Positions 47,848 to 56,137 of a DNA stretch of 64,000 nt are shown piece by piece. Under the pieces are notes generated by a model that saw only the letters and a list, made by a program, of their open reading frames with translations, did not search any database and was not told the origin of the DNA. The translations under genes and the position numbers were made by a program. The first letter of the stretch is position 1, and each line of letters begins with the position of its first letter. Source of the DNA: Candidatus Levybacteria bacterium RIFCSPHIGHO2_01_FULL_40_16 (GTDB taxonomy: Bacteria; Patescibacteriota; Microgenomatia; Levybacterales; UBA12049); NCBI GenBank assembly GCA_001783805.1, contig MFNS01000007.1, positions 89,975 to 153,974 on the forward strand, given 5' to 3'.

Positions 47848-49233
47848 TTACTTATTTAATCTTTCGACATCCCTCCAGCCAATATCTTTTCTATAATGCA
47901 AATTATTTCCCTCAACACTTATCTTTGACATTGCCCGATATGCCATTCTTCTCGCTTCAACAATATCTTTACCTTCGGCAACTATATAGAATAATCTTCC
48001 GCCCCAAGCATAATATTTACCATTAATTTCTTTGATTGCGCCGCTATATAATTTTACGCCATCCATCTTTTTTATTTCTTCCAGCCCAAAAATTTGTCTT
48101 CCTTTTGCCCACCTATACTCTTCTTCTCTTGGGTAGCCCTTTGATGCTCCTGTCACCGCTACTCTTACTCTTTTGTCATGACCAATCTTTACTTTAGAAA
48201 TATCCCCGCTTGAAACTGCTTTTCCCAACTCAAATAAATCACCTTTCAATCCCGGAAGAATGGCTTGCGCCTCGGGATCACCCCAACGAGCATTAAATTC
48301 AATAACGTATGGTTTCTGTTCATAAATATATCCAAAATTATCCGAACCTTTTATTTTATTTATTGCCATCCCCCCAAAATACAAAACGCCTTCATATGGC
48401 ATGCCTCTTTCTTTTAGCTCTGCTAATACTTTTCCTATTATTTCCTTGCTTTCTTTCATTAATCCAGGTGTAGCAAGAAGAGTTGGACTGCTACAGCCCA
48501 TGCTGCCGGTATTCTCCCCCTCATCGAAGTTATTTTCCCTCTTATAATCTTGGGCGTTGCCTAAAACTCGATAATGTTCACCGTCACTAATAACAAACAA
48601 GGAAAACTCTTCTCCCTGACTGCCGGCATCACCTTCTAGCCAGTCTTCAATTAAAAAAACTTTGCCGGCTTTCATTTTCGTCACTTCTATAATTTTTTCT
48701 TTAGCTTCCCCTCTATCTTTGGCTGCTTTCGCTCCTTTTCCGCCAGCCAAAAATGCAGCTTTTATAAATCTTGGCTTATTTGACTCCAAATCCATACGTG
48801 TTAAGGCAAAATTTAACTCATCTCTGGTATAAATATCAAAGCCAGGTTGAGGAAGTTGCAAGTGAAAACCAAGTTTTCTGGCAAATGCTTTATCCCATTC
48901 AATTCTGCCGGCTCCCCGAGTTGGCCCAACAACTGAAATTCCTTTCCTAATCAGGGCGTCTACTAGACCTGCCTCAACTGCCCTATCTTCGGCAACATCA
49001 ACTAAATCCACATCTTTTTGCTTACAAAGATAAACTATTTCTTTTACACTGGTTGTCTTCAGCTGAGGATAAATTTGCACCGGTTTATCTGTATTTAATT
49101 TCATCAAATCATTACCGGGAACTGCAATAACTTTCCCCACATGATTGCTCTGCGCGTATTTATCAACCAGTGCCGCGCCTCTTCCTCCGCCCTCAACAAC
49201 CAGGACTGTATTTCCCGTACTTCTTTCTTTCAT
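47848..49233 (-). CDS. purD: Phosphoribosylamine--glycine ligase
   Basis: ATP-grasp PurD pattern (VLVVEGGGRGAALVDKYAQS...). Size 461 aa. Confidence 0.85.
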   Translation of the reverse strand: MKERSTGNTVLVVEGGGRGAALVDKYAQSNHVGKVIAVPGNDLMKLNTDKPVQIYPQLKTTSVKEIVYLCKQKDVDLVDVAEDRAVEAGLVDALIRKGISVVGPTRGAGRIEWDKAFARKLGFHLQLPQPGFDIYTRDELNFALTRMDLESNKPRFIKAAFLAGGKGAKAAKDRGEAKEKIIEVTKMKAGKVFLIEDWLEGDAGSQGEEFSLFVISDGEHYRVLGNAQDYKRENNFDEGENTGSMGCSSPTLLATPGLMKESKEIIGKVLAELKERGMPYEGVLYFGGMAINKIKGSDNFGYIYEQKPYVIEFNARWGDPEAQAILPGLKGDLFELGKAVSSGDISKVKIGHDKRVRVAVTGASKGYPREEEYRWAKGRQIFGLEEIKKMDGVKLYSGAIKEINGKYYAWGGRLFYIVAEGKDIVEARRMAYRAMSKISVEGNNLHYRKDIGWRDVERLNK

Positions 49234-49751
49234 TTCAATTTTTTATTTGTAAACGAGTGGGTTAGGGCGGCGGCGATGGCGTCGACAGTATCGTCTAATT
49301 TCGGCAATTCTTTTAATTTAAGTATTGTTTTGACCATTCTGCCGACTTGAGCTTTGTCCGCTTTGCCATACCCGGTCACTGCAATCTTAATTTGCAAAGG
49401 CGTGTAGGAAGCAACCGGAATTTTTTGCATTGCGCCGGCCAAAATGATCACTCCCCTGGCCTCTCCGACTTTAAAAGCAGTTTTGGCATTATTAGTAAAA
49501 AACAACTCTTCAATTGCCAAAACATCCGGCTGATATTTTTTAATCAGCGCGCAAACTTGTTTGTAAACATCAACCAACCGCTCTTGCGAATCCTTATCTT
49601 TTGAAGTTTCTATGCATCCGCAACTTTGAACTTTGAACTTCCCGCCTGCCACGCTTTGCGAGGCATTGCGGGCAGGTGAACTTTGAACTTCCAACACCGC
49701 CCATCCCACCCTGGCATATCCCGGATCAATCCCAAGTATCACCATAGACAA
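49230..49751 (-). CDS. ruvC: Crossover junction endodeoxyribonuclease RuvC (with an in-frame palindromic-element insertion in the beta1-beta2 loop)
   Basis: ILGIDPGYARVGWAVLE...AIEELFF...ARGV RuvC motifs. The insert encodes VQSSPARNASQSVAGGKFK. Confidence 0.9.
   Translation of the reverse strand: MSMVILGIDPGYARVGWAVLEVQSSPARNASQSVAGGKFKVQSCGCIETSKDKDSQERLVDVYKQVCALIKKYQPDVLAIEELFFTNNAKTAFKVGEARGVIILAGAMQKIPVASYTPLQIKIAVTGYGKADKAQVGRMVKTILKLKELPKLDDTVDAIAAALTHSFTNKKLK
49641..49676. repeat. 36-nt GC-rich palindromic element inside ruvC, flanked by 15-16-nt direct repeats (GAACTTTGAACTTCC at 49628-49642 and 49678-49692)
   Basis: The reverse complement, CTGCCCGCAATGCCTCGCAAAGCGTGGCAGGCGGG, shares both termini with the tRNA-Asn D-loop inserts. 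Confidence 0.7.
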
Positions 49752-49777
49752 ATCGTATTGTAATCTAAGCTCATTTA

Positions 49778-50584
49778 ATGTACAATATCCAAATCATGAA
49801 AAGGTATAAATTGGCAGTTGAGGCAAGAAAAGTTTTGGGGAAAAAAGTTGCCAAACTCCGCAAAGAAGGTCTATTTCCGGCAAATATTTATGGAAAAGGC
49901 GTAAAATCTCTTTCCGTGCAAGTTCCCTACAAAGATTTTGAAAAAGTTTACAAAGAAGCAGGCCTTACAGGCATTGTGGATGTTGAAGTTGCAGGTGAAG
50001 TCAGACCATCCTTAATTCACAACGTTCAGCAAGATTATTACAAACACGTGCTCCTCCACGCAGATTTTTTCCAAGTTAATCTTAAAGAAAAAGTTAAGAC
50101 CATGGTCAAAGTCGTTACTCTTGGCGAGCCAAAAGCAGTTTCCGAGAAGCTTGGTTTACTCATGCAAACTCTTAACGAGGTCGAAATCGAGGCTCTTCCT
50201 ACAGATTTGCCGGACAAAATCGAAGTTAACGTTGAGTCCTTGGCAGTTCTAGATGCACAAATTGCTGTTGGCGAAATTAAGGCGCCAGTCGGCGTGACGA
50301 TTTTGACCGATGCATCTCAAGTCGTTGCCAAGATTGGCTCATTAATCAGTAAGGAAGCTGCAGAACAAGCCGCAGCCGAAGTTGCAGCTGCCGCAGCCGC
50401 TAAAGCAGCCGCCGCTCCGGTAACGCCCGAGGCAGGAGTAGAAGGAGCAGTCCCGGCAGAAGGAGAAGCTGCCGCGCAGCCCGCAGCCGAAGCCGGAAAG
50501 CCAACGGTTGGAGCAGAAAGTGCAGCCGCACCCAAACCGGAAGCTACAGCGGCTACTTCAGGACAAGCAAAACCACAAAAATAA
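49778..50584 (+). CDS. rplY: 50S ribosomal protein bL25 (Ctc form) with an Ala/Pro-rich C-terminal tail
   Basis: N-terminal bL25 domain (RKEGLFPANIYGKG) and Ctc-type C-terminal domain. Confidence 0.85.
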   Translation: MYNIQIMKRYKLAVEARKVLGKKVAKLRKEGLFPANIYGKGVKSLSVQVPYKDFEKVYKEAGLTGIVDVEVAGEVRPSLIHNVQQDYYKHVLLHADFFQVNLKEKVKTMVKVVTLGEPKAVSEKLGLLMQTLNEVEIEALPTDLPDKIEVNVESLAVLDAQIAVGEIKAPVGVTILTDASQVVAKIGSLISKEAAEQAAAEVAAAAAAKAAAAPVTPEAGVEGAVPAEGEAAAQPAAEAGKPTVGAESAAAPKPEATAATSGQAKPQK

Positions 50585-50585
50585 C

Positions 50586-51071
50586 TTACTTGTTTACGAG
50601 GAATTTTTCCAACCTTTGTCCGTCTGTAGAGCTTGGATCCAAAATAAGCCCTTTTTCAAGGTGCGTTTTTGCCTTTGAGGTATTTCCCAGCTTATACTCC
50701 AAAATAGAAGCTTGAAAATAGGCAATCGGATAATTTTGGCGCTTGGAAATAAAGTCTTTCCAGAAATTTAATTCTCTATTTAAAATTATTCTTTGGGAGT
50801 CAATATCTTGTTTTATCTGTAAATTTTCTTGAAAATCCAGTCCCACAATAATAACCGCCACGATAAAAATAAAGACAACAAAAACCCTCAAGGCTCCCCC
50901 ATAGAGCTTAATCAGGGTTACATGATTAATTTTTGGTAAAGAAAATTTAAAATTAACGGGTTTGCCCGCCGAAGCTTTAACGGATGCGGGAATAGCTCGG
51001 GAATTACTCGGGGATTGTTTGTTTTTTCCGCCAGCTGGCGGACTTTTCTTTTTTATGTTCTTAAACTTCAT
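50586..51071 (-). CDS. Hypothetical membrane-anchored protein with a TPR-like C-terminus
   Basis: One TM. 4-nt overlap with the valS stop. Confidence 0.4.
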   Translation of the reverse strand: MKFKNIKKKSPPAGGKNKQSPSNSRAIPASVKASAGKPVNFKFSLPKINHVTLIKLYGGALRVFVVFIFIVAVIIVGLDFQENLQIKQDIDSQRIILNRELNFWKDFISKRQNYPIAYFQASILEYKLGNTSKAKTHLEKGLILDPSSTDGQRLEKFLVNK

Positions 51072-53266
51072 AATGAGGGTTTACCCGCCGACTTGTCCGC
51101 CAAAGCTTTAGCGACGGCGAAGGCGGGCCATTTATCAATCATTACGGATTCCCCAAACTTAAATCTCTGATAAATTTCTTCTGTCACAAAAGGCATAAAA
51201 GGATGCAATAATTTGAGAAGTGTTAAGTATAATGTATTAAGTATTATGTATGATTCAGGATTAAGTCGATCTTTGATGTCTTCTATGTATTTATCAGCGA
51301 ATTCGTGCCAGGCAAATTCATATAAACTTTCTGCGGCATAGTTAAAATTATAAGATTCCAGATGTTTAGTTATTTCGTTAGTTAGCTGCTTAGTTTTTTC
51401 AATCATCTCCCTGTCATTATTATTCTTCGCCAATTCCAATAATTCTTCTATTGAATTTTGCTTGTCCGCCGACTTGTCCGCCAAAGCTTTAGCGACGGTG
51501 GAAGCTTTAGCGAAGGCGGAAGTTCGGTTCATTTCGATGAACCGCCCCATATTCCACAGTTTATTGGTAAACTTCCGCGTCGCGTCCAACTTGGGATAGG
51601 ACAAAGCCTGATCATTACCCGTGGCATTTCCGTAAATTAGGGCAAAACGTACCGCATCTGCCCCGTATTGATCAACCAACTCCAAAGGATTAATCGCATT
51701 GCCCTTGGACTTGCTCATCTTTTTCCCATATGGGTCATTAACCAAACCGTGCAAAACAACATTTCTAAACGGTACCTTCCCTGTTCTATAGATTCCTACC
51801 ATTACCATTCTTGCAACCCACCAACGTAGAATATCGTACCCTGTTTCCATTACGGAAGTTGGATAGAATCTATCAAAAAAACCACCTGATCCATCACAAT
51901 CGCAATTTGCCATTAAAGTTGAAAATGGCCATTGGGCTGATGAAAACCAAGTGTCAAAAGTATCCTCGTCCTGTTTCCAACTTTCTCCCTTTGGCGCTTC
52001 ACCCTCTGTAATCACCCATTCTCCGGTTTTCGAATTTTTCCAGGCTGGGATTCTTATCCCCCACACAATCTGACGACTAATGTTCCAATCTCTGATATTC
52101 TCCAAAAAGTCTAGATAAGTTTTTTCAAATCTTTGCGGATGAAATTTAATTTCTCCTTTTTTAAGAACATCTATCGCGGTTTTTGCCAATCTTTCCATTT
52201 TTACAAACCACTGCGGCAAAAGCATTGGTTCAATGGTTGTCTCACACTTATAACAAGTTTCTATAGTATGAATGTAGTTTTCATCAATCTTTTCTATCAA
52301 TCCCATCTTTTGCATGTCTTCTGCAACTGCCTTTCTTGCCTGTCTGACATACAATCCTTGATACTTTCCTGTTTTTTCATTGAGTTTTCCGTCGAAGCCA
52401 ATTACTTGAACAATATCTAAGTTGTGCTTTTTGCCTATTTCAAAATCTTTCATGTCATGAGCCGGAGTCACTTTAGCAACGCCGGTTCCAAAATTTGGAT
52501 CGATTAAATCGTCTGCGATAACCTTTACCTTAAATTTGCCATTTACTCCTTGCACTTCAATTTCTTTCCCAACCCATTTCTGATAACGCTTATCCTCTGG
52601 ATTAATTGCCACAGCGGTGTCTCCAAACTTTGTTTCCGGTCTAACTGTTGCCAAAACAAAAGGTCCGTATTTTATGTAATAAAAGGGGTCTTTTTGCTCT
52701 TTGTGATTAACCTCAAGATCCGAAAAAGAAGTGCCGCACTTGGTACAGTAATTTACAAGCCTATCTCCTCTGTAAATAAATCCTTCATCATACAGCTTTT
52801 TGAAGGTCTGATAAGCTATTTTGATGATGTCTTGATCAAGAGTAAATTTTTTCCGAGACCAATCCAGAGAGAAACCAAGTCTACGCAATTGACTCTCCAT
52901 TCCTCCCCTGTTCTCTTGTACAAAATCCCAAATCATTTTATAAAGAGTATTCCTATCAAAGTCAAACCTGGACTTACCTTCCTTCTGTAGTTTTTTTTCA
53001 AAAACAAACTGTGTTTCAAATCCGGCATGATCTGCTCCGGGAAGCCAAAGAGCTGCATTCCCGAGCATGCGGTGATAACGAATTAAAACATCTTCAACTA
53101 CATACATTGCGTGACCAAAATGAAGGGGTGCATTGGCATTTGGAGGCGGCAAAATAATGCAGTAAGGTTTACCTTTCGGATTTACTTCCGGTTTGAAATA
53201 ACCTTTTTCTTCCCAAACTTTATAGATTTTTTCCTCAACATCCTTGTGATTATAAACTTTGTCCAT
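51068..53266 (-). CDS. valS: Valyl-tRNA synthetase (compact, 732 aa) carrying two copies of an in-frame repeat (VAKALADKSA)
   Basis: PPPNANAPLHFGHA (HIGH region, ValRS-like PPPNxxG) and KMSKSKGN. Repeats at 51086-51118 and 51463-51495. Confidence 0.75.
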   Translation of the reverse strand: MDKVYNHKDVEEKIYKVWEEKGYFKPEVNPKGKPYCIILPPPNANAPLHFGHAMYVVEDVLIRYHRMLGNAALWLPGADHAGFETQFVFEKKLQKEGKSRFDFDRNTLYKMIWDFVQENRGGMESQLRRLGFSLDWSRKKFTLDQDIIKIAYQTFKKLYDEGFIYRGDRLVNYCTKCGTSFSDLEVNHKEQKDPFYYIKYGPFVLATVRPETKFGDTAVAINPEDKRYQKWVGKEIEVQGVNGKFKVKVIADDLIDPNFGTGVAKVTPAHDMKDFEIGKKHNLDIVQVIGFDGKLNEKTGKYQGLYVRQARKAVAEDMQKMGLIEKIDENYIHTIETCYKCETTIEPMLLPQWFVKMERLAKTAIDVLKKGEIKFHPQRFEKTYLDFLENIRDWNISRQIVWGIRIPAWKNSKTGEWVITEGEAPKGESWKQDEDTFDTWFSSAQWPFSTLMANCDCDGSGGFFDRFYPTSVMETGYDILRWWVARMVMVGIYRTGKVPFRNVVLHGLVNDPYGKKMSKSKGNAINPLELVDQYGADAVRFALIYGNATGNDQALSYPKLDATRKFTNKLWNMGRFIEMNRTSAFAKASTVAKALADKSADKQNSIEELLELAKNNNDREMIEKTKQLTNEITKHLESYNFNYAAESLYEFAWHEFADKYIEDIKDRLNPESYIILNTLYLTLLKLLHPFMPFVTEEIYQRFKFGESVMIDKWPAFAVAKALADKSAGKPSL

Positions 53267-53348
53267 GAAGCAATTTTAACACAGACGATATTAATCTCAA
53301 AGTTCAACTAGTAAGACCCAAAATATCAGAAGAATTATATATTAAATA

Positions 53349-53531
53349 CTACCCGCAGACGTCGTTCCATTTTTCGACATTCAGGCTACTTTGGATATCG
53401 GAAACGCCCTTCTTCTTGATTTCTGTTTTTGAACTACTTTTTTTTGCTACTTCTGGAACTGCAGTTTTGCTTATAATGGCATCTACTTCTCCTGTCTGCC
53501 GTTTTACAAAATTAACTTCTACATGATTCAT
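53349..53531 (-). CDS. Small hypothetical ORF (60 aa)
   Basis: ORF only. Confidence 0.2.
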   Translation of the reverse strand: MNHVEVNFVKRQTGEVDAIISKTAVPEVAKKSSSKTEIKKKGVSDIQSSLNVEKWNDVCG

Positions 53532-53655
53532 AATTAATTGTTCACTTTATATCACAACTGCAAATTCATTGTCAACTTGAGAAATCGATTCCCGAAGATT
53601 TAACGAAGAATTCCCTACTTCGGCCGCCATAGCTTTAGCGACGGCGGCAAGAGGC

Positions 53656-54957
53656 CTAGACTTCTACCATCTTGTAGCCTCTGGTTTTGACGGTTTGAAT
53701 TTCAAATTTGGCGTTTTGCGATTTTAATTTCACCCGTAAACGGGCAACCAATCTGTCAATCGCCCAGTCAGATACCCCAAGCTCTTCAACTTCGGACCAG
53801 ACTGCCTCAATGATCTCTTCTCTCTCGCAAATAACGTTGATTTTACTTTTAAGAAAAGTAAAAAGTAAATGTTCTTTTTTACTCAAGTCAACGCTCACAG
53901 CATTTCCCTTAGTAATTTGTCTTTGTTTTAAGTAATGGCTAAAAAGTGGACTAAACACCCCGCTTTTTCCTTTTTCCTCAGATATAAATCCGCTATCCCA
54001 CAAATAGGTTGCAGATTTTCTTTCTTCAGAAGTTATTTTTAGATCTTTTTCTATTTTTAATAAAACACCCTGTTCGATGCTATTTAAACTTTCCCATAGT
54101 TCTTCTGATTGCAAAATTATCCTTTCGTCTTTTGACAGAAAATCTAAAATTTCCGCTTTGTTTTTCAACCTTACGTCTGATTCATGAAGGGAAATTAAAG
54201 CCAGTTGCAAATATTGCACATAACCGTCAACAATCTCAAAAAGAGAATCTTTCAAAGAATCCGACAAGGCAAGTGTATATTTAGTTTTATAAGTATCAAA
54301 GATAATTTGCGTATCTTTATATTCGGCCGGTTTGATATACATGTTTTGCGCAAAAAGAGAAATTGAGGATTTTGTAAAAATCTCTGGCGCCAAATCTGTT
54401 AATCCCCTAAAACTGGTAAAAACATAAGAGACTTTTTGATTTGCCGCATCCTTTAACCCCTGCAGGTTTCCGAATAATTCAGATGTGATAATTTCTTTTA
54501 GTCGATCAAAGCGTATAAGAAATATTGTCGGCAAAACGTTTTCATTGGTTATCTTTGCCAGGCTTTTTTTAATATTTTCTATGGTTAAAAAGGTATCTTT
54601 TGACTGCATACTGTCTAAGAATAATCTTTCGATATATTTTTTGGTTGGTTCTTGCAAAACCGAATTCTCCACACTATCCACAATTCTTTTAAGTGTTAGT
54701 ATCCAAAAAGGAAAAATTTCTCTTTCAACCAAGTCATTGAGGTCAACGGGGATAAAAAGGTGCGAAGAGCCATCGGCAATATAGGTCTTGGCAATCCCTT
54801 GATGATTGAGAAAAAAACGGAGAAAATTACTGATGCCCACCCTCTTTATCCCAATCAGCACAACGTTATTGCGGTTTTTCAGATGCTGTCCCAAAGTCGC
54901 AGCATCGTCTTTCCTGAAGGAAATAGGATACAAAGCCTCAATTATTTTGTTCTCCAT
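53656..54957 (-). CDS. Putative regulator: degenerate NTPase-like N-terminal domain fused to a C-terminal OmpR/PhoB-type winged-helix DNA-binding domain
   Basis: C-terminal AIDRLVARLRVKL...VKTRGYKMV is a classic trans_reg_C. N-terminal VVLIGIKRVGISNF resembles a degenerate P-loop. Confidence 0.55.
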   Translation of the reverse strand: MENKIIEALYPISFRKDDAATLGQHLKNRNNVVLIGIKRVGISNFLRFFLNHQGIAKTYIADGSSHLFIPVDLNDLVEREIFPFWILTLKRIVDSVENSVLQEPTKKYIERLFLDSMQSKDTFLTIENIKKSLAKITNENVLPTIFLIRFDRLKEIITSELFGNLQGLKDAANQKVSYVFTSFRGLTDLAPEIFTKSSISLFAQNMYIKPAEYKDTQIIFDTYKTKYTLALSDSLKDSLFEIVDGYVQYLQLALISLHESDVRLKNKAEILDFLSKDERIILQSEELWESLNSIEQGVLLKIEKDLKITSEERKSATYLWDSGFISEEKGKSGVFSPLFSHYLKQRQITKGNAVSVDLSKKEHLLFTFLKSKINVICEREEIIEAVWSEVEELGVSDWAIDRLVARLRVKLKSQNAKFEIQTVKTRGYKMVEV

Positions 54958-55024
54958 ACCCTATTTTAATCGATTTATAACACTTTTAGCAACAGCTGTT
55001 GTCAAAATATGCTAAAATCGCTCT

Positions 55025-56134
55025 ATGATTGAGGATGGATCAACTAGCATCGGCATAGAGCAAATGAGTCTTGAACAGCTTAAAATTATTTCCAATAATT
55101 TTACGCAGGAAATCCGTAATGCTAATGCCGGAGAGAAAACTAGTTTGGCATTTATCATTCACGATCTTTCTCCTTCTCCAATTGTTAAAGATGGTGAAAC
55201 CTTTCAATCGCTGGTAATTGGCGGATCAGTTGGAAAAATAGCCACTCTTAAAAAGAATGAAAAGACAATTCAAATTCTAGACAAAAAAGAGAAGCCACTA
55301 TCTTTCCAGACTGAAGCAGAATTTTTTGATTTTATCAACAATGGGCTTCCGGACAACATAAACGCTCTCGCTCTTAATTTTGCCTATGCTCTTAAGCCCG
55401 TTTTTGATAACGGAATGCTGGACGGGTTTTTACTTGCTTTTTCAAAGGAGGGTAAGTTACGCGGACTAATTGGAAAACAAATTGGGCGAGAGATAGAAAA
55501 TCACGTATTTGAAAAGAGAAATAAAAAAATAAAAGTTGCTGTTGCCAACGATACTGTTTGTCTATTGACTTCAGGCCTTATTAAGTTCCGGGAAGAAGAG
55601 TTGGCCGGAGGAATTGTCGGAACAGGATTAAACTTTGGTTTTTTTCTTAACAAAAATAAGCTTGTAAATTTGGAGTCGGCAGATTTTAATAATTTTTCGC
55701 AATCAGCATCAGGAAAGAAGGTGGACGAGAACTCTTCCCAACCGAGCGCAAGTCTTTTCGAAAAAGAAACAGCCGGCGCTTACTTGTACAAGCATTTTAA
55801 TCATATTTTGAAGGAAACCGGTATTAACTACCCAAGTATTGCCTCGACAGAAGAACTTGATAGGGTAAGCCGTGCTAATGTCCTGCGAGTTTCGGAAATC
55901 GCTCAAAGTCTGCTAAAAAGATCTGCCCAGTTGGTTGCCTGCCAAATTGCAGGCATTACCACATTTAAAAAAAGGAGTATGATTTTTAATATGGAGGGCA
56001 GCCTTTTTTGGAAAGGAAAAAACTATAAAGAAACCGTTGAAAAAACGGTAAAAGAACTGGTTCCGGAATATAAAATAGATTTTGTCGAAATCGAAAATAG
56101 TGCAATTTTAGGTGCCGCAAAACTTATAAGTTAA
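55025..56134 (+). CDS. Hexokinase family protein (eukaryote-type hexokinase fold)
   Basis: Motifs aligned by eye to hexokinase: IIHDLSPS (LDLGGTN-like), VANDTV (NDTVGT), GGIVGTGLNFGF (GTGxNACY), SAILGAAKL (GSGVGAA). Confidence 0.55.
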   Translation: MIEDGSTSIGIEQMSLEQLKIISNNFTQEIRNANAGEKTSLAFIIHDLSPSPIVKDGETFQSLVIGGSVGKIATLKKNEKTIQILDKKEKPLSFQTEAEFFDFINNGLPDNINALALNFAYALKPVFDNGMLDGFLLAFSKEGKLRGLIGKQIGREIENHVFEKRNKKIKVAVANDTVCLLTSGLIKFREEELAGGIVGTGLNFGFFLNKNKLVNLESADFNNFSQSASGKKVDENSSQPSASLFEKETAGAYLYKHFNHILKETGINYPSIASTEELDRVSRANVLRVSEIAQSLLKRSAQLVACQIAGITTFKKRSMIFNMEGSLFWKGKNYKETVEKTVKELVPEYKIDFVEIENSAILGAAKLIS

Positions 56135-56137
56135 CTT

